NCBI RefSeq assembly: GCF_004010195.1
Contig: NC_057719.1
Coordinates: 68,934,622 to 68,997,522 of the forward strand
Reading direction: 5' to 3'
DNA length: 62,901 bases
Origin: Chiloscyllium plagiosum
Taxonomy: Eukaryota
The translations under genes were made by a program, and so were the position numbers. Shown piece after piece: positions 38,739-49,161 of this stretch. Each line of letters starts with the position of its first letter. Position 1 is the first letter of the stretch. A model generated the notes under the pieces. The model did no database searches, was not told the DNA's origin, and was given only the letters and a program-made list of their open reading frames with translations.

Positions 38739-38838
38739 CGTAAATCGCAAATGAACACACCTCTTGCTCCACGGACGGGGCCCAAGCCGAAGGTGCGGTT
38801 TGAAAGTATTTGTGCACTATCCCTCATGGTGTGTTCAG
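38739..38838 (-). pseudogene. Exon B, MyTH4 N-terminal cap, 1-nt frameshift
   Basis: Acceptor ggcaacag|; donor G|GTGAGA. 100 nt (3n+1). EHTMRDSA / KYFQTAPSAW in two frames, resembling MYO7A EYKFAKFAATYFQG (recalled). Confidence 0.55.
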
Positions 38839-40099
38839 CTGTTGCCGGGACAACAGTGGACGCGGAAGCGGGGTAAATGTGTAAAGGCTGGGAGTTGCCA
38901 GCCCCGGCCACTGCTCTCGCTTTGAGTGCGCTGAACGGTCAACTTGCACTTTGCTGTGAATGAGCAGTCTTTGCTACAAGAGCGTGTCCAGAGCTGTACA
39001 AATAAGCTGATATTTCTCTTCCTTGATTGTTTTATGAGACACACTTATATATTACTACTGCAACAAAGTTAAAACTTGAACGTGTGTTGTCCCGGACTTG
39101 GCAGAGAAAACTAAATAAGCACAGGCTGTCAAAGGTCAGAGGTCAGATGGTACCAGCAAGTTATTGTATACATCCGTTGTTGCATCGCCCATTGTGCATA
39201 CTACCCCCAGGCATGGTCATCAATCATTGAAAGACAGGATCTTAGAAAGCTCTGATTCATAAAAGAAAATCATTAAGTTGTGCCATCTGCTCCAGGAATA
39301 TCATCAGTTCATCAGGAAGTTAGCACTAGGCGTGAACACAAATTTGCTACTTTCCTGCCAATAGATGGATTAAGGGAGTAACAGATGCATTATTTTAAAA
39401 CACCCAAAAGTTTCATTGTATTTCTCAAATCAATGTTCAAAAATATTAAGTCTATTCAAATTTCTTAAAAGATTTGTCTTCCATAGCATTAACATTAGGA
39501 ACATTCATATATTACAATGTTAACAAATTTACAACACATTGCCTTGAAATTAGTTGAGAAAAAACTGTAATGACAAATTAAAGCTTCAAAATAATTTAAA
39601 AAAAGACATTTTAAACTTTAGGAATGTTCATACTGGAAATTTTTGAAAGAATATACTAAAAGTATTATTTTTGTAGCTGTATGTAGAGTAGGGCAAATGC
39701 TAAATTAGGCAAGTGTCTTTGGTGAACACATATAAATATCTTTTCTGCTGTCGTCATTATAATTGGGCCATCCTGACATTGAAAAGTGCCAATGAGAAAA
39801 AATAGCAGCAATGCGCAAAACTTGTTGGTTCTACCAAAAACTGCATTCCTACCCCAAATTCTGACCTGAATTGCATTCTTTAAACACATGGTCAGCTAAA
39901 AAGTGTGTTACTGTTGCCAGACACTGGGAATAAAACATTGAGACCATTCAGGAGGACAACCATGCTTGGTTCTTTACATTATATTCATGGATATACTTCA
40001 TGGATTATGAATAGAACTGACAAAATATTAGACATTTAGCATATTCTTGGAATATTTTCTGCCGTAGTGTGAAAAGTTTTAAAAAAGAATCATTCACAG

Positions 40100-42000
40100 T
40101 ATAACATGGCCTAGTTTATTTTAACATAGAATTTGCACAGAATTCTCAAAATGTAATCAGGACAACATTTTTACCAAATATAGTAAGCAATTCAACAAAC
40201 AGAAAAAGAGCATTTCTGGGTGTGGTTTTAGGTCAAATTATCAAAGGGAAAATATTTTGGTTTTGGAAATTATAATTCAGGTAGATTTAGTGTAGTTATA
40301 GAAGAGGACAAACATAGACCAGGAGCAAAAGATTTCAAGTATATTTAGTTAGTTTTATCCACCTGAGACATGATTTTGGAATAGCAATCTGAGAGGCAGT
40401 CAGAGGAAATAGAGAGGATTCACAGCAAATACTTCCACAAAGAGAAAGTGGGACCCCTAAGCTGAGAGCCCTTGAATGTCAAAGAGCATAGAAGTGTGAG
40501 ACAAACATTGGAACATTCACAGAGATATTAAAAGCTAAATACTGCTTTGACAAGCACAGAAAGTGCAGGGGGTGACATTTTAAAAAAAGAAATGAAGAAA
40601 ACAGAGATCATGAAAGAATATTGATAAGTAAAGTCAAAGAAAATTTAAGTATGTTTCATGAATATCTAAAAAGCAATAGGATTTCTGAGGCTAATTATAT
40701 ACCAAAAAAGGTAAAATGTATATAGAGGCAGAAGATATTGGCTTTGTTCTTAATAAACACATTGGAAATACTAAGGGAGTTAGCATTTTTGAAAGTAGAT
40801 AAAGTGTCATCCCAGATGAAATGTATCCCTAACTCTTAAGAGATGCAAGGTAAAAAAAGATAGCTGAGGCTCTGATCATAATTTTCCAACTTCCTCTGGC
40901 AACAGGCATATAGTCTATAAACTTGAGGATTTCTAATGTTGTATCATTGTTTAAAAAGGAATAAGGGGACAGACTGAGCAATTCCAAACCAGTTAATGCA
41001 ATGCCAGTGACAGACACATAATTGGAAAAGAGTCAAAGGAATGGAATCAACCTTTAGTTAGAAAGACAAATATTATCCACATGAATTTCAAGTCAACAAT
41101 CTTTCATCGTCTAAGTTTAATTCTGTCAGACCTATTGAATATTTATAGAATATTAAGTTTTTGTTTCAGATTCCTAGCATCCATAGTGTTTTCCTTTCTT
41201 CAATAATTAATTGAAGACAGTCAACATGGATTTCTTAGTGGAAGATTGTATTTCATTGAATTCTTTGAGGAGGTAATGATGAGGGTCAATGAAGTTAATG
41301 CGTTTTATGTAGTCTAAATGGATTTTAATAAGGCTTTGGCAAAATTCCTCACTGTGGACTGATCGAAAAAGCATGGGCTCCAAGGGCAAGTGACAAGTTT
41401 GATTGAAAACAATTTTGTAGTAAGGAATGAATGGAAAAAATGTGACTGCAAGGCTGGTTCCAGTCAAGTCTATTTTGCTCAGCACTGACCCTTTGATTTT
41501 GCAGATCTATATCAATGATACGGGAGATATGACTAAGAATGTTGCAGATGATATGACAATTGGCCGCATGGTTGAGAGAGAAATATAAACCTGGAGATTG
41601 CAGACAAATATAATTGGCCTGGTGAAGTGTGTAGAAAGGTGGCAAAAAAAACACAATCCAGAAAAGTGGGATAATGCATAGGGAGAGGTCAACAGGCAAA
41701 GGAATACAAAATAAATGGTGGGTAACTGAGAAGTGTAGAGGATCAGAAGGCCCTTGGAATGCATGACTACAGATCCCTGAAGATAAAAGGACAAGTACAT
41801 AAGATGAGTAAGGAAATATATAGTTAAATTGTAAGCAGGTATTTATTAGTTGAAGCATACATTGGAAGAGGATGGAGGTGATTCTTAAATTGTACACAAT
41901 ATTAGCTTGGCCAGTACTGGAAAATAGTATGTAGTTCTGATCAATCTGGTCACAGAAAGGATACAATCACAATAGAGTGAATACAGGGGATGTTTAAGAG
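40100..42000 (+). mobile_element. Highly degenerate CR1 LINE ORF2
   Basis: Remnants of the NYRPVSL, YMDF.KAF and ADD regions. Confidence 0.65.
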
Positions 42001-43829
42001 AGACAGACTGCCTGTAACAACAGAAGGCTGGCTACACCACATGCTGTCAGTGAACACTGCCTGGTTCACTGCTGAAGAAGGCCGCAATGTGCCAGACACC
42101 TGGTGCTATGCTATAATCAGGTAAATGAGTTGGCATTAGCAGATTCACAGGATCAGTATAAGCAGGTCACAAATCACAAACCCTATGTCCAAGAAATAGT
42201 GCACAGCAACTTTTAGCATTTTTATATAAAAACAATGTTACTTTTATTTTTGTCTTTTTAATTTCTCTCTTTTCCTGTACCTAATTTTAAACTGAATTCA
42301 TCCATTCTAATTACAGGTCTTTGTGTATTTTATTTCACAATCTTGATCTGATTGATTCAGAAGATACACTGATATTCTGTTTTTAGTCAAGTCCCAGATA
42401 CTTGAGTTCCCTCAATCTGAATTTATCAGATCACACTTTCAACAACTTGTGACACATTGAGTTTAAATGACCAACAAGTTCAACAGATGGTGAATGGTGC
42501 TCGATGCACTGTTACAGCAAATTATGGCCCATTGATGAAAATAGATAAAGCCAAATTACAGTTAAACAAAAATGTAAACAGCAACTTAATGAAAAGCCTT
42601 CGAAAGGGTCGAAAAAATACCTGAATATTGCCTCTGAAAATAAGTGTTGAATTACATTGCATTGATAGCAACAGAGAGCTGAAGAAAAAGATGTATAACT
42701 AAAGCAGGATATACTTGTTTTATATATATAAATCATCTTGTCCCTCCAAACAATAAAATATATTCATCAGCACTGCCCATGACACCCTCCCATCTCCAGT
42801 GCACATACGCAAACTATACCAAAAATATGTACAATCATTCCTCTTATTGCAAGTGGATGTACTACCTGCAAAATTAGAGCAACACATTTATTCCATACTA
42901 ATTGTGCTTTTAATAACATTTTTACATTGGAATTTCCTTTAGTTTATATTTTTATTTGTGGATTAATTTCACTGAGCTTTGAATACAGATGGAATTTCAA
43001 ACAGCCTCCTTACAAAATAAATTATCTGTTGACCATTAACCTGTATTGAATATAAAACCTGAATGCCACATACTGTGAATCTACAGGAAATTTGCCATGG
43101 ACACCCTGCGTGGAAAACTATTGTTTAATAAAAACAACCTGGATTTATTGGAGTCGACTTGTATAGTGAAGAGCAGACAAAATTGTTAATATCATGTATA
43201 TTTACTGTCTGTTTTATTCTCCAAGCTAGGAATTGTGTGTCAGTTCTTAATTATAACAGCTGCAAGATTTACTAAAATGATGTATATGGCTCCCAAGCCT
43301 ATTCAAATGAAACTGAGGCATAGTCTGAGCTGGAAAATGTCCATCAATATGTATTGGCAATCTCAAAGGGAGTTAACATAAAAATAATGAATCTACATCT
43401 TTACATTATGAACTTTTGGCCATTTTTTACTTTAATTTAAGGGATTAAATCCAATCTCCAAGAATGTGAAATATCTTTATGGAAGAATTACAATGTTTGT
43501 GTGGGGTGGTGTAAATTAATAGCAGACACAAATGTGTAATTGATATGAATTAAAGCCAGCACAGCTAAAAGTATAACACCAAAGTACAGTTGTCAATTAA
43601 TATTTGCTGTATGTTGATATTTATTATTAAAGCAAATGGAAAAATGTGGAACTACTCAGCAGATCATGCAACATCTGTGGAGAAAGAAACAGCATCCACA
43701 GTATTCTGTCTTTTGGTATTTATTATTGTTGGTTAAGCTTTAAAACCATAAGATGTAGGAGCAGAAATTAGGCCATTCAGCCCATCAAGTCTGCTCTGCC
43801 ATTCAATCATGGCTGATACGTTTCTCAAG

Positions 43830-44322
43830 GCAAAAGTGAGGATTGCAGATGCTGGAAATCAGAGTCTAGATTAGAGAGGTGCTGGAAAAGCACAGCAGGT
43901 CAGGCAGCATCCTAGGAGCAGGAAAATCGACGTTTTGGGCAAAAGACCTTCATCAGGAATGAAGGCTGGGAGCCTCCGGAGTGGAGGGATAAATGGGAGG
44001 GGTTGGGTCTGGGGAGAAGGTAGCCAAGAGTACAATAGGTAGATGGGGGTGGGGGTGAAGGTGATAGTCAGAGAGGGGGGGTGGAGCAGATAGGAGTCCA
44101 TTTCAGGACATGGTTGAAGAGCTTCAGGGCAGAGGAGATGACCTGGGGGTTGCAGTGGGAGAGAGACTCACTGAGATTCTTGTAGAGATTTGCCTCTCCA
44201 CCCTGGAGGCTCCCAGCCTTCATTCCTGATGAAGGGCTTTTGCCCGAAACATTGATTTTCCTGCTCCTCGGATGCTTCCTGACCTGTTGTGCTTTTCCAG
44301 CACCAGTCTAATCTAGACTCTG
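43830..44322. mobile_element. Penelope-like fragment with inverted terminal copies, inserted in a CR1 3' end
   Basis: 43862-43990 is inverted at 44195-44322; hammerhead motifs on both strands; imperfect flanking duplication ctgata.gttt.tcaa. Confidence 0.75.
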
Positions 44323-45579
44323 ATAAGTTTTTCAACCCCATTCTCTTACTTTCTTTTGTTAAAACCATTATTTCACATCACTTTTGAAAAAAAAACTCTT
44401 ATGATGAATCTAAAGAAGATAGTACATCAGGGTGAAAGGAGAGTGACTTTATTAATACCACTAGTAGAAATAAGCTTTCATTTCACAATAGTCTCTCTGA
44501 CCCTGCTGAGGTACATCAGACATCAATGGCTAGGCAGTGGTAGGTTAGATGTCTTCAAGTTGCCACAAGTGTCCCAAATGAGTAATTAGGGGCCAAAAAA
44601 ACGAAAAAGACAGAACTTGCTGGTGAAACTCAACAGACCTGGCAACATCTGTGGAGAGTTAAACATATTTTTAAATTCAGTGATTCTTCTTCATAAATGT
44701 TTTTAAATGTGTTGAGAGTTCATTACAGACACTTATTCACTTTCTTCAGTGGTGAGGGAGGCCCTTCATGTTTCCTCAAAAGTGTATCTCAAAAGTAAAC
44801 AGTGATTTCTTTTTAAGAAATCTAATTGCAATTGCCTGCAGAATCACAGTCCACTTTAAAAGAAAAACATTCACTCATGACAGCTCGAAAATTTATTTCA
44901 TCCCCAACATTTTAAAGATACTTTATAACTTAAACTATAGCTAGAATAGAGAAGAGGACAAGATCTGTCAACAACAATGAAGCATTAGCTCATCTGCTGA
45001 TGATAAATTGTCATCTTTTCAATGCAATAAAGGTAACTGGTGCTGAAGATGTTTAGTTTGCTTCAATCTACAGGACTGCTTACTTCAGTAGCAATGGCTG
45101 GAATGTGTAGTGAACGTTTTAATGCTTCAGGAAGGAGGAGGAAAATAGCATGAAAATTCTGATTGGATGGAGAGGGAAGATCATCCTCAAAGTTACATGC
45201 TTCCTTGTTTTCAAAGCAGCAAGTTCAATTAAAGTTCATTAAGAAATAAAGTAGATTATAGATATGGACAAAGAGCATAAACTATAACTCTATATGCTAT
45301 CAATTGCACCACCATCCTTAGAAACTGCTCACATAACTGTGTTGCAAATCACTCAACAATCTCGACATATCAGGATTCATATCTAATATTTGCCTCACCC
45401 TTATTTTTTCATGGGCTGTTGTCATTTCTGACGAGGCAGAACTAGATGCTGATCCCTAACTGGCTTTGAACTGAGTGGCTTGTTATGTCATTTCTATGGA
45501 TCCAGAGTAACATGTAGGGTCTGGTAACGATGACACATTCAGCAACTTCAAATCTGTACGAGAAAGGCTTCACATCAGA

Positions 45580-45925
45580 GGAGGCAATGGCCTAATGGTA
45601 TTATCAGTGGACGATTAATCCAAAGACCCAGCTAATGTTTGCAGCCCCTGAGTTTGAATCCCATCATGGCAGATGGTGGAATTTGAATTCAAGTAAAAAT
45701 CTGGAATTAAGGGTCTGAGGATGATGATCATGAAAGTATTGTTTATTGTCGAAAAAAAACCATCTGGTTTGCTAATGTCCTTTAGGAAAGGAAACTGCCA
45801 TCCTACATGTGACTCCAGACCTATAGCAGTGTGGTTGACTCTTAACTGTATTCAGAGCAGTTAGGAATGGGCAATAAATGCTAGCCGGGACAGCGATGCC
45901 CACATCCCACGAATGAATTTCAAAA
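45580..45925 (+). mobile_element. tRNA-headed SINE, second family
   Basis: A/B-box-like head (tggcctaatggt..gagtttgaatccc); LINE-like tail gggcaataaatgct..gcccacatccc. Confidence 0.7.
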
Positions 45926-46585
45926 AAAACATGCCTGCAGCTATTCCATTATGGTAGCCACATTGCCTAGAAGAATTGCACACCATTCACTGACACCTTC
46001 CCTCTGTCTTGCAGGAAAATGTGGTGCACAATGGGAAATAATAGGGATGAACCGGAGGTGGAAAAGTATATCTGCATTTTTTAATCCCTATGATGGAGAG
46101 GATGCTGGCCATTATGGAAACAATCATTGGTTAGGTCTTATTCCCTTGTCATTTCTGATATCAAGAATCACAATCTATTTCGGCAGCAATGGTTGAGCAG
46201 GAAGATATTGAGGATGATGTTATATCCTCACATTTGCAGCCACCAGCTGCATATAATGAGAGAATAACATAAAGGAGAGATCTACACTTTCAAAGTTTTG
46301 CTCGGAAATTATACCCAAAATTCTGTTGAAATTGTTTTCTTTAGGTTACTGTTCAATTTCCAAAAAAATGCCATTCACCGAATCACAAACAATCTGCCAT
46401 GAGCCAGTACAACCAGGCAGTGTAATAGAATTTATTATTCTTCATTAATTTCTTTCCTGACTAACCTTGTTAAGTTTTATTCATGAAGCTGAAATAGGTT
46501 TCCAGCAAAAATAAACATTTTTAAAGAGGGTGGTTGGTCTTTCTCACATAAATATCACAAGTTAAAATCACCAAAAATGTCTTAC

Positions 46586-46651
46586 CAAATCTGTTGTCTT
46601 CAGATCCCTTCCTCTTGCTAAGGGTCAGTTTTGATATTGCACCAGTCACCT
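46586..46651 (-). pseudogene. Candidate exon A (pre-MyTH4 linker), open
   Basis: Acceptor tgttgtttcccgtag|; 66 nt, phase 1-1; VTGAISKLTLSKRKGSEDNRF; donor G|GTAAGA. Phase-compatible with the next exons, but sequence similarity alone is weak. Confidence 0.45.
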
Positions 46652-47343
46652 CTACGGGAAACAACAGCACCTCTGCAGCCAGGTTTCACTGCTAACTATA
46701 AAATGAGACTCATGGAAGATCCTATGCTTTCCAATATGACTGGCACAACTTTCATTGGCAAATTGCTTTGAATGCACATTTCTGCCTCCTCTTGCTAAGA
46801 TCATTTGCCTTTCTGTCAGTTCAGTCTTCATCCACTAGAGGGCTGACAGTCCCTACTGATAACACCAAATAAAGTTGATGGTACACTTGTTTTACCCTTG
46901 AGCTAAGCTTGTGCCTACTGGTGTGTATTATAAGCTGCTTTGGAGGAGTATATCACAGCATGACATTGTGAGGTGCCAACAGGTCTTAGTCACATTCAAA
47001 ACCATAGTGCATAGCTAGCATCATGACTCAAGGATATGAATTCTGTCATAGATATCCCTGAGCAAAACTGTAAAGAGCAAGTTTATAGTATACAGTAATC
47101 AGTTTTACTGGTAGTAGTTTACAAACATTTTTGATCTGAAAAATATTTCAAAATGTACCTGGTAATACCTCAGCTTAACAAAGAGATCACAACTGGAAGA
47201 AGCTTCCTGAACCAAAGGTATAATCAAAGATGCAGCAATGAATGCAGCAAGTAATCACTCCTTATTGTAATGGAAGGAGTATGATAGCTGATTTGACACA
47301 ACAGTAAGTGGAAAGGCATATGGTGAAGATGACACAAAGAGTC

Positions 47344-48120
47344 CAAAGTTTGTGCGAAGATTTATAGCTCGGGTGCTCATTGTTGTGGTTCTGTTCGCCG
47401 AGCTAGAAGTTTTTGTTGCAAACGTTTCGTCCCCTGGCTAGGCGACATCATCAGTGCTTGGGAGCCTCCTGCGAAGCGCTTCTTTGATGTTTCCTCCAGT
47501 GTTTATAGTGGTCTGTCCCTGCCGCTTCTGGTTGTCAGTTTCAGCTATCCACGGTAGTGGTTGGTATATTGGGTCCAGGTCGATGTGTTTGTTGATGGAG
47601 TTTGTGGATGAATGCCATGCCTCTAGGAATTCCCTGGCTGTTCTCTGTCTGGCTTGCCCTATGATAGTAGTGTTGTCCCAGTCGAATTCATGTTGCTTGT
47701 TGTCTGCGTGTGTGGCTACTAAGGATAGCTGGTCATGTCGTTTCGTGGCTAGTTGATGTTCATGTATGCGGATTGTTAGCTGTCTTCCTGTTTGTCCTAT
47801 ATAGTGTTTTATGTGCAGTCCTTGCATGGTATTTTGTACACTACATTAGTTTTGCTCATGTTGGGTATCGGGTCCTTCGTTCTGGTGAGTTGTTGTCTGA
47901 GCGTGGCTGTTGGTTTGTGTGCCGTTATGAGTCCTAGGAGTCGCAGTAGTCAGGCAGTCAGTTCCGAGATGCTCCTGATGTATGGTAGTGTGGCTAGTCC
48001 TTTTGGTGGTGGTATGTCCTCGTTCTGTGGTCTTTCTCTTAGGCATCTGTTGATGAATTTGCGCGGGTATCCGTCTTTGGCGAATACCTTGTATAGGTGT
48101 TCCTCTTCTTCTTTTTGCAG
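47344..48120 (-). mobile_element. Penelope-like retroelement, 5'-truncated, GIY-YIG endonuclease
   Basis: HYIGQTGRQLTIRIHEH..REFLEAWHS..INKH. 10-bp TSD acaaagagtc (47334-47343 / 48121-48130) within a CR1 fragment. Confidence 0.9.
47418..47457 (-). ncRNA. Minimal type-I hammerhead ribozyme motif
   Basis: GCA CTGATGA T GTCGCCT-AGCC-AGGGGAC GAAAC GTT TGC. Confidence 0.7.
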
Positions 48121-48827
48121 ACAAAGAGTCTGCAGAGAGATGTGGACAGGTTAAGCAAGTGGGCAAAATAAAAATGGCAGATGGAATATAATTATTTTGA
48201 ATTCATTTGTGGAAAGAGGGCATCACTGGCTGGCCAGCATTTTCCTCCCATTCCTAGTAGCCTTTGAGAAGGTGGTGGTGAGCTGCCTTTTTGCACCAGT
48301 GCAAACCATGTGTTGTAGGCTGATCCACAATCCCATTAGGGACAGAATTATAGAATTTTGATCCAATGACGGTGAAGGAAAGTCAGGATGATGAGTAGCT
48401 TGGAGGGGAACTTGCAGGTGGCAGTATTCCCATTATCTGCTGCCCTTGTCCATCTGGATAGAAGTATTCATTGATTTGGAATGTGCTGTTCTTTGGTGAA
48501 TTTCTGCCTTGAATTAAGGTCAGAGCTGAGTTGCATCACTGAGCAGGTTATTGCTGAGCAGTAACTGCTTAATAGCAATGTTAATAACACCTTCCATCAT
48601 TTTACTGATGATCACGAGTACACTGATGGGGCAGTAGTTGGCAAGGTTGGATTTGTCCTGCTTTTTATGTGCAGGACATATGGGAGGTTTTCCACATTGT
48701 CGGGTAGATGCCAGCATTGGAACTGGACTGGAAGAGCTTGGCTGAGGGCCTGGCAAGTTCTGGAGCACAAGTCTTCAGTAATATTGCCCAGACCCATAGC
48801 CTTTGCAGTAACCAGTGATTTTTTTAA

Positions 48828-49112
48828 AGATTAGAACAGCATGGAAACAGGCCCTTCGGCCCAACACCGACCCTCCAAAGAGAAACCCACCCATTTCCCT
48901 CTAACTAATGCACCTAACACTATGGGCAACTTAGCACAGCCAATTCACCTAACCTGCATATCTTTAGGCAGTGGGAGGAAACCAGAGGAAACCCACACAG
49001 ACACGGGGAGAACGTGCAAATTCCACACAGTCGGCCGCCTGAGACGGGAATTGAACCTGGGATCCTGGTGCTGTGAGGCAACAGTGCTAACTACCAAGCC
49101 ACCGTGGCCGCC
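48828..49112 (-). mobile_element. HE1-type SINE
   Basis: Reverse-complement HE1 match. Confidence 0.88.
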
Positions 49113-49161
49113 AACCATTTCTTGATATCACATTGAGAGAAGTGAATTGGCTGGGGACCAC

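Larger units (their letters stand above)
1963..46651 (-). pseudogene. Degenerate multi-exon myosin-VII-like tail gene (MyTH4-FERM-SH3-MyTH4); may extend left of the window
   Basis: Colinear - strand exons, most with AG/GT boundaries, whose translations follow the MYO7 tail motif order. Many stops and frameshifts. See the individual exons. Confidence 0.7.
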
